Positions 49,877 through 64,000 of a stretch of 64,000 nucleotides of DNA are shown one piece after another. Origin of the DNA: Utricularia gibba (taxonomy: Eukaryota > Plantae > Magnoliophyta); contig CM007991.1 of the NCBI GenBank assembly GCA_002189035.1, positions 4,650,001 to 4,714,000 on the forward strand, read 5' to 3'. Positions within the stretch are counted from its first letter, which is position 1. Each line of letters opens with the position of its first letter. The notes beneath the pieces were generated by a model that saw nothing but the letters and a program-made list of their open reading frames with translations, searched no databases and had not been told where the DNA came from. Made by a program: the position numbers and the translations under genes.

Positions 49877-51160
49877 AAGAGGAAATGAAATTTGTTTCTC
49901 AAGAACTGGTTCTCTTAATCAAGGTCCATTATTTATGTTATATTTTGTATTTCAGTGTTTTAAAACCCCTTTTACAAAACCTTGATAATTTTTATAAGTT
50001 CAGCACAAAACAATTTCCAAAAACTCAATTCCTTGAGATTGGCACTCGTACTATGCTTATTTGTGTTTTACATTTTTCTAATTAAAATTTGTTAAGGAAA
50101 TGACATGCAACTCATATACCATACTCAAAAATAGTAAAGAAGCTATGGTACTACATATACATAAAACATGGTTGATCATTAGACCTTTTCTACCTCTCTT
50201 CATCCCCTAAAATAAATTAAAAAGTGATCATGCTTTTGAGTTTTAAAACAAGCCAAAACCATTCAAGAGTTATAAAAGAAACTTGAAATACATTGTGACT
50301 CCTCATAACTATCTTTGTTTACTTCTCAAGGCTGTCCAGCTTTGGCATTGTTGTCAAACCATGATAGGTGAGACATAAAGTGCCCTTGCTCATGATTTCA
50401 CAATCAGGGGAGCCACCTTCGACTGCAAAAATAGAAAATTAGGCATCATATCTTTCTAACTTCATTTTCATATTTTTTGACCTTCCACTTATACAAGGTA
50501 CCTTAAACATGCCTAACAAATTAGCTGTAGTGCCCATGTTATAACAACTTTGCTAGAGATATCCATCCATATCTTGTCCATTCTTTGCTATCTTATTTAT
50601 CATAATAAAGACATAGCATCTTAAAAGTAACAATGGTGGTTATTCTTAGTAAATAGAATCATACTTTTGAGACTCGAAAATAGTTTCCCAAATAACACGA
50701 AATAACTTACTCCCCTGTAAAAATTTTAGCAAGTAGACACATTTAAAATCTAAAAAAGGAATAGAAATAAGGCACTACTATCACATAGACATATAAGTTT
50801 TGAAAAATCACTTTCGAAGACAAACAAGAGTTCAAAAGTAGTCATCCCACTTACCCTGGCACCTTTGATTTCAAACCAACTTTAACCTTTCATTCACTTT
50901 AGGTACTGTAACCTTTGCTTTTAACTTCTCCTTCTTGCCTTTGCAAAACTCGAAAATGAGTGAAAGAACCTTAAATTCCATAATTTATATCCTCTTCTAC
51001 ACCTTATCCTTATTTTGTGTGTAACATGTAGTACACATGCAAGATCAACATGTGGTACCACCTTATGATTATACTTGGATACATCTCATTGGTTGGATTG
51101 ATATGAATTAGAACAAGTTAAAAATTGAAGAGCAAAGCCCTTAAAACTTGAACCCTCACA

Positions 51161-51739
<579 letters not shown>

Positions 51740-52379
51740 GAATTATTTCAAATAAAAACTTTAATCTTGTAATAAATTTCAAAAGTGATGTAGTTTTGAA
51801 CTCATCGTGTCTACTTAAATTCTATCCATAATTTCTGAATGACATGAAGAGTGTTTGTAATGTGGTTCAATTCAATTTCAAATTTAGAGAAGATGTTGAT
51901 CAAGCTATCTTAGTCTTTTTTCTAACTTGCACTTTTGATTGCAAATGAGGAATTGCTCCAATAATCGAACCTAGAGAAAGTTTAAGAAAAGCTTCTATTT
52001 TTTACTTTAATGCTTGAATTAACTATCTCTCTTCATCTAGTTTCCATTTAATGTTTAGTCCTAATATTGTCCTCTCTTTGTTGTGATGCACGTTTAGTCT
52101 TCAGTTTCTTGTTTCCAGCCATGATTAAAATACTATAATAATCGAAACAAACAAGTGTCATCTAAGTAGCTACAAACCGAAATCCCACACATAAGTAACA
52201 ATAAGGAAAGAAAAACATGACCATCATAATAAACAAACAAACCTGCTTTTCAAGTCAAAAAGCCACAGGTAAGTAATTACAAAGAAAGAAAAAAACCACT
52301 TTTCAAATAGATATTGTATTACACCAAATCAAAAGCAATAAACATGTAACTAAAATCAATATGGGAGAAAAGAATACAT

Positions 52380-53700
52380 CATAAAATTTGCTGCCATTTA
52401 TTTCATCAATTTTCGAGCATCAACATTGTGATGATTTTCTAATAATGATCCATTGCAAGGGTTATCCATTTATCCTCTAATAATGGGGATCAATCATTCA
52501 TAGAAGTGCTATCAAATTTGACCTTCAGTAAGTCTATGCTGTGGATAAATGTTATGGATCCGATTGAATCGATCATCATATTCTTACAAATTTTCTCATT
52601 CACTCTTCAACATTGTGGTTAAAGCTCTTCTTTTGATGGAGCCTCTTTCTACAGGTTCATATCGACTAAGAAATTTCCAAACCATTCATTCCCAAATAAC
52701 AAAAGAAGATGCAGATAGTCCATTCAGCAACTCTAGAGCTCACTTGGTAGACTAAAAAGGAAAACTAGCAACTTGACTTGATTCTTCATTGCTCCTTTTG
52801 GATGCATGCATGCATGCAGAAACTATGGGACTCTTGAAGATGGTGGTTAAAGTCATCATTTTCCCTCCCAAGAAACTTAGGAAGTATCTGAAATAGATAT
52901 GAACACAGCTCATAATCCTCCTCTTCATCAACAATGATGCAAAATGGTTGATCAGCATGATTTGCGATAATTTCTTCTTTGATCGTCCTTAATGTTGGAC
53001 CATGATTAGCGATTGGAAGAACTGAAAAATTATCAACATGTTGTTGCTCTTGCTCTTATTGAACTATGGAGACTCCAATAGGTAGTGGAGTAGCATTTCT
53101 CCATCAGTAGATGCACTAGAAGTTTATTGTCTCTTTTTACTGAGAAATGTGCGCTCAATCTTTGGATTCAATGGGCACAAGGCTTCTTGGTATGATCTCA
53201 AGCATGGATGACCATTGAATGGAGCTAAATGCATACAAAGAGAGAAACATAGCATAAAAACAAAAACAAAAGAAAAAGTAGAAAAAAAAAAGAAAAAAGC
53301 ATATCTTTGTCTCTCATTACTTTGGCTTTCATTGATTTCTTTCAAATAACCGGTTATATAAGCAAAGAATAAACATTGCTTCCTTACACTCTCTTACAAG
53401 AAGGCACGGGAATAAGCTTACCTTATTTTCCCTTGGATGATTGAGAGTATAAGAAGATTTTTATTGATTATCTTCAAAACCAAATTCTATGCTTGTACTT
53501 GGCTATTGTCAATGACCAATGAACTGAGTATGAGCTCATTAGCCTATATTAACAAAGTATCGTCGTGATCACAGACATAATTCACTCTCTCTCTCGAACC
53601 AATGGTGTGGAGATAATTATCTTCACCCTACTTTGCACCAAAATCTAATACTTCATAATACAACTCTTAATTAGGTAATTTAATCCTAAATATATGCTAA
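52380..53700 (-). mobile_element. Athila gag/leader/LTR remnant, same family as 15880-17250
   Basis: Clear nucleotide similarity of 52510-53300 to 15915-16740. Confidence 0.75.
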
Positions 53701-54577
53701 AATATAAAAAACGTACACTTCACAAGTTCCAAAATGTTAAATATTAGGATTTTTTTCGAGCATTTCCTCATTTCGGTCAATATATTAAACCAAACCTAAT
53801 CGTTTTACATGAGTATGCCATGACGTATGCCAATCTTTTGATTTGAATAAAAATCTCAATAAGATATATGTTTATGACATGTGATTAACTAAAAAATAGG
53901 ATAAAAAAATTGATTGAGATTTGTATTTTAAAAAATAATTGGTCAAAAGTTACTATAAAATTATTTTAAAAATTGCAATTTATAGTGTAATTTTAATCAA
54001 CAACTAGTTAAAAGGAACTATTAAATTACATTTAAAAATTGCATAAACATAGATCAACCAAATAATGATATTTCTATATAAAATCTCGCACTAATAATAT
54101 TATATGCTATAGCATATGTGATACGTAAAATCTTTATAATAACTATAGTATATGTGATACGTAAAATATTTCGAAACAACAACCCAAAATCAAGTGTTCC
54201 ACTTATATTACGCATAAGTCTTTTAGCTGCTGTCAATTGTGAATAAGTTGGTGACTTCATGTATCTATTAATCACTCTCACTACATAAAGGATGTCTGGT
54301 CTTATAATTGTAAGATTACGTAAGGTTCCTACCATATTTTTATATTAAGTTGGATCAATCTTGTTATTTATATCATCATAGAAAACTTTTTTCCAATTCC
54401 CATGGGCATCTCAGCTTTCTTACAATAACTCATTTAAAAATGTTTCACAGTGTCCGATAAATATCTTTTTTGGGAGATGAAAAATGCCTCTTTTTTAAGA
54501 AAATTGGATACCAAGATAAAGATTCATCAGTCCTAAATCTAACATCTCAAATTCAGATTTTATGGCCTGCTTGAAGT

Positions 54578-54840
54578 TGTTGATGCAAGAAAAAGAGAGT
54601 CTTGGGAAGTAACAAAAAGGTAATGCTTCTGAGATCACTTTGGATGAAAAACGACTCATGAACAATAAGAATGACCAAAACAGTGGGCCACAATTATTGA
54701 AAACACACAAAAAGCCCAACAACTCGAATCCAACACTTCCATGCTCGAACTCAACACCTTTTATCTGAAATATAACATTATGACACAAGATTAGTGCTTC
54801 CAATCACCTTCAAACTTTGGATTGAGGCTGATCTCCAACA
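54578..54840 (-). repeat. Copia B 3' LTR (263 bp, 59-bp deletion)
   Basis: Deletion at an AAC microhomology removes the TATA segment; 5 substitutions versus the 5' LTR. Confidence 0.96.
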
Positions 54841-57800
54841 CTCCCCCCCAGAGCGAGATCTCCCAACTTGAGAAAGTCTTCTATAGTCATGAGATTCATA
54901 TTCTTCCTTGCTAGCTCAAACTGAACTCTGTTCAAACCTTTGGTGAGCCCATCAGCAAGCTGATTCCCACTCTCAACATACTGCACTTTAATCTTCTTCT
55001 CCTTGATGTAATTCCTTATGACATGATACCTGATTCTTATGTGCTTGGCTTTGCTGAAGTTCGTTGGATCTTTGGCAATGGAGATTGCAGCTCGATTATC
55101 CATAAGCAGATGTGTAGCTTCCTTTTGTATGAATCCAAGTTCGTTTAGCATCTGCCTCAACCAAACACAATAGTTCGAAGCATGTGCTGCTGAGATGTAT
55201 TCTGCTTCAGCTGTTGATTGTGCTACCACTTTTTGTTTCTTCGAAAACCAGACTACAGGACTCTTATTTAAGAAGAAGGGTGCACCAGATGTGCTCTTGC
55301 TATCTTCAGCCATACCATAATCACTATCTGAGTAGGCTCTAAGTTTCAAGACTGGTTTTTCACCTTCATAGGGATAGAACAATCCGAAATCAGTAGTAGA
55401 TTTTATGTACCTGAAAGCTCTTTTCACAGCTGCCATGTGAGTTGTTGTTGGTTTGTTGAGGAAGCGAGATAAGACATTTACACAAAAACACAAGTCAGGC
55501 CTAGTATGCTGGAGATAAATAAGGCTTCCAATCATACTTCTATAAGTAGTGGCATCCACATTCTTTCCCTGATTGTTCTCTCCAATCACTTGTTTGTAAT
55601 CCAAAGGCGTTTTTGAAGGATTGACATCTTTGAACCCAAACCTTTCAAGAAGTTCATTACAATACTTTTTCTGAGATATGAATGTTCCAACACCTTCAAG
55701 TTGATGAATTTCCATGCCTAGATAGTAGGACATCATTCCAAGGTCAGTTATCTTGAATTCATTTTTGAGCAGAGCTTTGAATTCCTCAATTTTCCTTTCA
55801 TTACCTGAGGTAATCATAAGATCATCTACATATAAGCTAATAAATAAACGATCATCTTCTTTTCCTTTAACATATAATGAGTAATCACTATATGTTTTTC
55901 TGAAACCAATACCCTGGAGAAAGTTATCCATGCGTTCATTCCATGCTCTAGGAGCTTGCTCCAACCCATAGAGAGATTTATTTAGCTTCAATACCTTGTC
56001 TTCATGACCTGACACTTCGAAGCCCTTTGGTTGTTCAACAAAAACAACCTCCTCCAACACACCATTCAAGAACGCAGTCTTGACATCCATGTGATGCACT
56101 TTCCATCCATGAGCAGCTGAAATGGCAAGAAGTACTTTAATCGTGTCAAATCTTGCTACTGGTGCAAAAATCTCATGAAAATTTATTCCTTTGATCTGAC
56201 TATATCCCTTGGCTACTAATCTAGCCTTATATTTGTTGATAGAGCCATCTGCATTCATCTTGGTTTTGAATAACCACTTGAGGCCAATAGGTTTGAAACC
56301 CCTATCCTTGGGTTTCTCAACTAATTCCCATGTTTCATTTTCAAGTATAGAATTCATTTCTTCCTTCATGGCCTCTCTCCATTTAGGATTTTGTACAGCC
56401 ATTTCAAATGATGTTGGATCTCCTGTCAATAATCAGCCAAAATATCAGCCACAGCATCTTGGACATCATCATTCAACTTGGAGAAACTTATTGTAGGAGC
56501 CTTGTTTCTTTTGCTTCTTCTAATGTCAGTAACATGACTATCTTCATTATCTATTGAATCTCTGATGTTTTTGCGTTTCCTCCTTTGCCCATCACGATCA
56601 GATGGGTAATAATCTTCATCATCAGTATTAGGTTCCTCTCCATTAGATTCATCTGTTGATGAGTCTTCTACATTCGTGCCTTGCTCCTCTTCTGGGATTT
56701 CGAAATTCCCATCTGAAGGTTGATCATTGGCCTGATGAGATCGTCCATACAGGGGTTCAGAGTTTGATCCTCTTGAGCTGGAAAATTCTCATCTGAATGC
56801 TGATCATTTACTTGATTTGAATCTTCATGAACGAGTTCTGAAGTTTCTTGTTTTGTTGAATTGCTGAAAGAGAAGTTTTGAGGCATGTGTGTCCAGAGGT
56901 CTCCTTTCACATGGGTGCTATGCCTTTCAAGACTTTTATGAGCTTCTGCATCATTCAGAGCAATGCAATCATCAATTAAAGTATACCTTGCACCTTCATC
57001 AAAAGTGACATCATGGCTGAGGATAAATTTCTTCTGTTGAGGTAGATAAACTTTATATCCCTTGGTAGTGTTGCTATAACCAACAAATACACTAGATACA
57101 GATTTCTTTTCAAGTTTTCCTCGTTTTTGGTCTGGTATATGAGTAAAACACAGACTACCAAAGATTTTGAGATGATCAACCTTTTTAATATAACCATGTC
57201 ATTTTTCATGGGCGGTTTTTCCACTAATCGCCCTTGAGGGAAGCAAGTTCAACAGATATACAGATGTAGATACCGCTTCAGCCCAGAAACTTACAGGAAG
57301 ACCTTTCTCAAACAATAGGCATCTTGACATATCAAGGATTGTTCTGTTTCTCCTTTCACATATACCATTCTGTTGTGGAGAATATGGTACGGTGAATTGA
57401 TGCATGATTCCCTCATTTTCACAGAACATTCTCATGCTATTATTGTAGAATTCGCCTCCATTGTCTGATCTAATCATCTTCAAAGAGCATCCACTCTGAT
57501 TCTCAACCATCACTTTGAATTTTCGAAAGATATGAGGAACTTCTGACTTGCTTTCAAGAAAGTAAACCCAACAATAACGTGAATAATCATCAATGAATGT
57601 AACAAAGTATCTACTCCCCCCTAATGAACATTCCTTAAATGGTCCACAAACATCTGTATGCACAAGCTCTAATATCTCCTTTGCTACTGAATCACTGGAA
57701 TAAAAGGGCTTTCTACACTGTTTACCTTGATGACACACTTCACATATGGCATTAGCAAACTTGATGTCTTTCAATTCCAGTACTTCCTTATTCTTCTGCA

Positions 57801-59409
57801 ATATTTTCAGATTGTTGAAGCTATAGTGCCCAAAACGTTTGTGCCAAAGGCTGCTTTGATCTTGAAGTGAGAAAATACAACTTTTATGATCACTGACCAT
57901 GATTTGGTAGAGGTTGTAGGTGGTCAACACAGCATGGAATTCAATCTTCGTTTTTGGATCAGCAACCTTAACTGTAGTGGTTATACCACCAGCATCTTTC
58001 ATCAGCTCAATGTCAAAACCTTGCCTGCTCAATTGGCCAAAGCTCAACAGGTTCTGTTTGAGGTTTGGTGAATAATAAAAATCATCAACTTGAACAATTC
58101 CTTCTTTTAGCAAGAGTAAAATGCTTCCTTTGCCCACAATGCCAATATTTTCACCACTGCACGTGCTTACCTCCTTCCCAATCCTTTCAAGCTTGAGAAA
58201 TGACCTTGTATCACAACATACATGATAGGAGGCGCCAGAGTCCAAGTACCAGCCTTTAGCATCTGAGGCTACTGTCATTAGAGCACACTCATACTCAAAA
58301 GGATCTTCAAAAGATATTTATGGCTCATCTTCAAAGTAGGTAAAGGATGCATGTGATTTCTCTTCCCTGGAAGTAGCCTTCTTGTTATGCTCAACTTTTA
58401 TTGGATTTGACATTCCACATACCTTGTCAAGATGGCCTCTTTGATTGCATTTCGTGCACAAAGCATCAGGCTTCCACCAACAAAACTCACTCCTTTGATT
58501 CTGTTTGTTACAATGCTTGCAAGCATTTGTGCTTAAAGTCCAACAATCTTCACTCTTATGGTTGGATTTGTCACAATGCCTGCACTTCTGATTGCCCATC
58601 GTTGATGTGGGGATTGACGTTGGTGATTGTTTGATGGCTGTTGTCTTGACATTCTTGACATTGTTAATTGCACCTGAGGTTATATTCATATTCTGCATTT
58701 TGGTGAGGAGAGCAGCTTCACCATAAGTTTTCTCAACTTCATAACCATCTCTTAGTTCCAATCTATTTTCTGTAGATTGCAACTCAATCATGAGCTCTCT
58801 AAATGTTGGCTCTGGTGTAACAGGATATTCAGGATACAGCTGATGAAGCTTTCCTTCAATAATGTCAAGGATTTTTCTTTCTGTCTCAAGTGCACATAAC
58901 TTTGGCTCGAATCTTGCAGGTAGGCTCATGGTTGCCTTGCTAATCACCTTTTGATCCTCAAGTTTTTCCCCCAATCCTCGAATCTCCTTCACAAGCTTCG
59001 CAGTACGTTCATAATAGACTTGTATGGTTTCATTGTCTAACATTTTGTTCCTCTCAAAGTCCTCCAGCTTGTTTTTGCATAATATCTCTCTGAGTTTGGC
59101 ATCACCTTCATAATGGGATTTGAGAGTATCCCATATTTCTTTTGCTGATTGACACTCTGCAATATCATCAAATAGATGTTCAAAGATGGCTTAATACAAG
59201 GCATCCATTGCTTCATCTTTTCTCTGTTGAAGATATTCAGCTTCCTCTTGCTGTTCTGATGTGGATTTGCTTGTTATTGTAATAGCCGGAATCTCCCTTT
59301 CAACAACATCCCAAATCTTTCTCACCCGCAGGTAGCTGCGCATCTTTTTGACCCAGCTTCCATACTCTGAACCATCAAATATTGGAGGTCCTCTACCAGA
59401 TGCCATCAT
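54810..59409 (-). pseudogene. gag-pol: Copia B gag-pol; RT-RNase H part (54810-56429) is an open 539-aa frame
   Basis: Stops at 59191, 58318 and 57199; 46-bp deletion near 56768; 1-bp deletion near 56435. Confidence 0.93.
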
Positions 59410-59527
59410 AGCCACCGCTTGAAAAGCTTTGGGTTGATACTTTGTAATCCACGAAGTAAAAAACGCTGAACGGTAAATAAAATACTGAAACGAGCACAGG
59501 TTTGAGAACCTTACTGCTCCGATACCA

Positions 59528-59849
59528 TGTTGATGCAAGAAAAAGAGAGTCTCGGGAAGTAACAAAAAGGTAATGCTTCTGAGATCACCTTGGATGAAAA
59601 ACGACTCATGAACAATAAGAATCACCAAAACCCTCATTGACACGCATTCCTAGTAGGGTTTATATATACCCAATACCTAGGTTACCCAACAGTGGGCCAC
59701 AATTATTGAAAACACACAAAAAGCCCAACAACTCGAATCCAACACTTCCATGCTCGAACTCAACACCTTTTATCTGAAATATAACATTATGACACAAGAT
59801 TAGTGCTTTCAATCACCTTTAAACTTTGGATTGAGGCTGATCTCCAACA
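59528..59849 (-). repeat. Copia B 5' LTR (322 bp)
   Basis: TGTTG...CAACA. Confidence 0.97.
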
Positions 59850-60824
59850 GAAGTTATCAAAATATGGAGGGTTTCTCCTTGTTAAAACAAACCATCCACC
59901 TATAAATAGATTAAAACAAGATCACCTTTCTTACTGAACTTCATATATAAGGCATGCTCATGAGGGCAGATTAAAACATTTTCTTTGATCAGAAAAGAAG
60001 GAATCGTCATATTCCAACTTTTAGAGTCTGCTTCAAACTATGCAACTTATTTACATAACCCAATTGTTGCTCAACATATACTTCCTCCTCAAGCACCCCA
60101 TCCAAAAATGTTGACTTGATGTCCATTTGATGAATCTATTCCTTCATTTTGTTTGTATCCCTTAGCCACAAGTCTGGTCCTGAACTTATAAAAGTTTCCA
60201 TTGGCATCTTTCTTAACATGTTGCACCCATTCCTTCATTTTATTAATAGGCTTGGAAGGGAGTCTTGGAAACATTAGCGGACAAGGCATTGAATGCAATA
60301 CATATAGTCAAGATGGCCATATAGAGCAAATATGTAACCATTCGCAATAAAAGTTCATTAGGAAACATGAAAAATAAACAATAACATTTAACAAATCATG
60401 ATTCCCTTATTATGTAACCATTTACGTGCATGGTTGTACCTCCTAAATCTCAGTAACTTCAGTTTGGCAATCTTAGAAACTAACATCAAGAGGCTTTTGT
60501 GACTTTGGGCTCATGAAATCAGTAGAGGGGTGCCACCCCCTTTACGAACCTCAAAAGTTGCAACCCCTTTTTCCTTTTCCTTTCAATTTCTCGACCTCAT
60601 ACCATCTGGTGGCTAAAACTTCATAAAAAGTTTCTTCAAGCATGCTTGACATAATAGAGTGTGTATCCACAACTCATGACACATCATGATACACATGGAT
60701 ACTAGGTCATATTTTATATACTTTTCCTTATTTTACAAATTAAAATCATTTGAAAGCTCAGGATCAGAGCTTTCTCCAAAACAAAAATCATTGAAATTGA
60801 GCACCTAAAAGGAGAATTACAAAA

Positions 60825-61411
60825 TGATGTGACCCTCTAATATATTGAGATTAGCAACCCACGTACAATAGATGATTCTGAAGCTTAGCAACTAACCTAC
60901 CCAAGTCTACCCTCAAGAGAATGAATCTCATGCAACCAGACTTCGAAACAAAGAAAATTAGGAGCCACACTTCAGAAAAGAGAAGGGATTGGAAGTGATA
61001 ATCCTAGAACACCACAAGCTCAAAACTTGATAAGTTAAGAGTGTACAAGCACTCAAAGAGGAGGAGAATCCTCACCACATACATGAAAAATGACTAAAAG
61101 TCCTGAAATAGAACATTTCTAGAGTATTTATACTCTAGAATTGGGCTCTAACATTACATAGTCCAAACTAAATGAAATAGAAAAGTCTAACAAGCTGAAT
61201 GCTCTAAGTTAAGTCCATCTTCAAGTAGTTGAGCTCTTTTGATGGGATGTCTTCAAGCCCATGTTTGATTCCAATGGTATTGAATAGACCCTTAAGTGTA
61301 TCTTCAACCATCTTTGTCTTGCTCCTAGTCATTGGTCCTGGTGGAATCATCTTTCTTTCTAATTCCTCATCATTCTTCAAATAAACTTCATTATCTTCCT
61401 GGGGCTCATCA
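60825..61411 (-). repeat. CRM copy 2 3' LTR (587 bp)
   Basis: TGATG...CATCA; PPT TCCCCCCTTTCTTT at 61412-61425. Confidence 0.95.
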
Positions 61412-62403
61412 TCCCCCCTTTCTTTAGGAAGATTCGTCCCTGAATCTGTATCCATGTCGAAAAGAGACAAATCAGCAACATTAAAAGTTGAATGAACAGA
61501 ATACTCACCTGGTAAATCTAGCTTGTACGCATTATCATTAACGCGCTCAACAACTTGGAAAGGGCCATCTCCACGAGGTAGAAGTTTGGACTTTCTCTTT
61601 GTGGGAAATCTCTCCTTCCTAAGATGAAGCCAAACCCAATCTCCAGATTCAAATACAACTTTGCGTCTCCCCTTGTTTGCTGCTGATGCATACTTTGCAT
61701 TGTTGCATTCAATCTGTTGTTTCACCTTTTCATGCAATCTTCTGATTGCATCAGCTCTCTTCTTGCCATCTAAACTAACTTTCTCATCACAAGGCAAAGG
61801 TAACATATCCAAAGGTGTAAGAGGATTAAAACCATAAACGACTTCAAATGGAGATAATTTAGTAGTCAGATGCATGGTTCTATTGTAAGCAAACTCAACA
61901 AGTGGCAAACATTCCTCCCAAGTCTTAAGATTTGATTTAATCATAATCCTAAGTAAGGTAGAAAGTGTGCGATTAGTTACCTCAGTTTGCCCATCGGTTT
62001 GAGGGTGACATGTTGTTGAGTATAACAGCTTAGTGCCAAGTTTACTCCAAAGAACTCTCCAAAAGTGACTAAGAAACCTTGCATCTCGATCAGAGACAAT
62101 AGTTAGGGGCATTCCATGAAGTCTAACAACTTCCCTAGAGAAGAGATCAGCCACATGAGATGCATCATCAGTTTTATGGCAGGGAATAAAATGTGCCATC
62201 TTTGAAAACCTGTCCACAACAACGAAAATTGAATCTCTACCCCTTTGGGTACGAGGTAAGCCTAAAACAAAGTCCATAGAAATGTCCACCCATGGTTGGG
62301 AAGGAGTAGGGAGTGGAGTATACAAACCATTAGGGGCAGTGGTTGATTTAGCCTTCCTACAAGAGATACATCTAGAACAAATTCTTTCAACATCCCTTCT
62401 CAT
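61204..62403 (-). CDS. pol: Integrase reading through the PPT into the 3' LTR and ending in the CR motif
   Basis: ...[45 protein letters not shown]; upstream stop isolates it from RT. Confidence 0.88.
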   Translation of the reverse strand: MRRDVERICSRCISCRKAKSTTAPNGLYTPLPTPSQPWVDISMDFVLGLPRTQRGRDSIFVVVDRFSKMAHFIPCHKTDDASHVADLFSREVVRLHGMPLTIVSDRDARFLSHFWRVLWSKLGTKLLYSTTCHPQTDGQTEVTNRTLSTLLRIMIKSNLKTWEECLPLVEFAYNRTMHLTTKLSPFEVVYGFNPLTPLDMLPLPCDEKVSLDGKKRADAIRRLHEKVKQQIECNNAKYASAANKGRRKVVFESGDWVWLHLRKERFPTKRKSKLLPRGDGPFQVVERVNDNAYKLDLPGEYSVHSTFNVADLSLFDMDTDSGTNLPKERGDDEPQEDNEVYLKNDEELERKMIPPGPMTRSKTKMVEDTLKGLFNTIGIKHGLEDIPSKELNYLKMDLT

Positions 62404-64000
62404 GTGTGGTCAAAAGAAATGTTGGGTGAGAGTATCAAGAGTCTTTTTAACACCAAAATGTCCCATTAGTCCCCCACCATGAGCTTCTCTAACAATAAAA
62501 TCACGTATGGAGCAAGAAGGAATGCACAGCCTATCTTTCCCATAAAGAAAACCATCTTTCCTGAAGAATAGTCCAGATGGAGCAAGTTCACATGCCTTAT
62601 AAATATCCCCAAAATCGTGATCATGAACATATAAGTCAATGATGGAAGCAAATCCAAGAATTCTTGCATCAAGATTGGCTAAAAAGAGTGTACCTTCGAG
62701 ATAAAGCATCAGCAACCACATTCTCCTTACCTTTCTTGTATTTGATCACATATGAAAATGTGTCAATGAATTCCACCCACTTAGCATGTGTTCTATTCAG
62801 CTTTCCTTGAGCCTTCAAATGTTTGAGAGACTCATGATCAGTGTGTATCACGAACTCCTTAGGCCACAAGTAGTGCTGCCATGTCTCCAAAGCTCTAACC
62901 AACGCAAACAACTCTTTGTCATATGTTGGATAGTTGAGGGTGGCACCATGAAGCTTCTCACTAAAATAAGCAAGTGGACGTCCCTTTTGCATCAACACAG
63001 CACCAATCCCTAAACCTGATGCATCACATTCAATTTCAAAAGTATCAGAAAAATTTGGAAGTGCTAGGAGAGGTGTTGAGCAAAGCTTATTCTTGAGTTG
63101 TTTGAAAGCATGTTCCTGCTCATCTCCCCAATGAAATGCATGATTTTTCTTGATCAACTGGGTGAGGGGTGCTGCTATAGAACTGAAGTCCCTAACAAAC
63201 CGTCTATAGAAACTTGCTAAACCATGAAAACTCCTAACTTCACCCACTGATTTAGGTGTTGGCCATTCTTTAATTGCTCTTACTTTCTCTTCATCCACAG
63301 CTACTCTTGCATCACTTACAACATATCCAAGAAAAGAGACACTATTTGTGCAAAAGACACACTTCTTGATGTTAGCAAACAACTTCTCTTTTCTAAGAGT
63401 ATCTAACACATCTTTCAAATGCCCTAAATGTTCCTCAATACTCTTACTATAGATAAGAATATCATCAAAATAAACAACAACAAATCTACCTATAAAAGGC
63501 CTAAGAACGTGATTCATCAATCTCATAAAGGTGCTAGGAGCATTGGTTAACCCAAAAGGCATAACAACCCACTCATAGAAACCAAACTTAGTTTTAAAAG
63601 CAGTTTTTCACTCATCACCTTCCTTCATTCTAATTTGATGATACCCACTTCTCAAATCAATCTTACTAAAAACACAAGCACCATGCAATTCATCAAGCAT
63701 ATCTTCAAGTCTAGGGATAGGATGTCTATACTTGATTGTGATGTTGTTGATGGCGCGACAATCAGTACACATCCGCCAAGTTCCATCAGACTTTGGAACC
63801 AATAACACTGGTACTGAGCAGGGGCTCATGCTCTAACGCACAAATCCTTTAAACACCAATTCCTCAACTTGTTTTTGTATTTCCTTCGTCTCCTCTGGAT
63901 TGGCTCGGTATGCTGGTCGGTTTGGGAGTTGTGCTCCAGGGACAAGGTCAATTTGATGCTCAATCTCTCTAAGGAGGGGTAAGCCTTGAAGTTCTTCTGG

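Larger units (their letters stand above)
54578..59849 (-). mobile_element. Full-length Ty1/copia element, copy B (same family as A), TSD GAAGT
   Basis: GAAGT at 54573-54577 and 59850-59854; LTRs 54578-54840 and 59528-59849; PBS 59516-59527; PPT 54841-54849. Confidence 0.97.
54150..60300 (-). pseudogene. Older copia RT remnant that hosts copia B
   Basis: Removing copia B and one GAAGT restores FDNFKQAIKSEFEMLDLG; also RLVAKGYKQ, GVLEEEVYVEQ, IRPDILYVV. Confidence 0.85.
60825..64000 (-). mobile_element. CRM element copy 2: 3' LTR, PPT and pol; continues off the right edge
   Basis: Internal region nearly identical to 357-2940; left flank CAAAA; TGG>TGA stops at 62410 and 63608; frameshift near 62680. 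Confidence 0.93.

Noticed and set aside
50330-50600. Apparent exon-intron-exon on the minus strand (EGGSPDCEIMSKGTLCLTYHGLTTM)
   Set aside because: Splice sites look plausible but the frames do not join without stops and I could not assign a family.
54107-54167. 36-bp-period tandem duplication
   Set aside because: Real but trivial decay within the old copia RT remnant.

Overview
Gene-free plant heterochromatin, probably pericentromeric, built from nested transposable elements. It holds two related CRM-clade (centromeric chromovirus) Ty3/gypsy copies at the window ends and two near-identical full-length Ty1/copia insertions with different TSDs. There are also three Athila-type remnants (one nearly complete with an env-like ORF), solo LTRs, decayed LINE, copia, chromovirus, MuDR and PIF/Harbinger pieces, and a Tourist-like MITE carrying a very long (TTC)n tract. 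I found no intact host gene, rRNA, tRNA or CRISPR array. The most notable non-TE content is three host-gene fragments at 41.7-51.7 kb: a BRI1-like N-terminus, a spliced exon of a PHD-GNAT (IDM1-family) gene, and two exons plus an intron of a CYP90B/DWF4-like P450 between long inverted repeats. Two of the three come from the brassinosteroid pathway. The two copia copies share two nonsense codons and one 5'/3'-LTR mismatch. All protein identifications are from motif recall, not database searches; divergence counts are manual.
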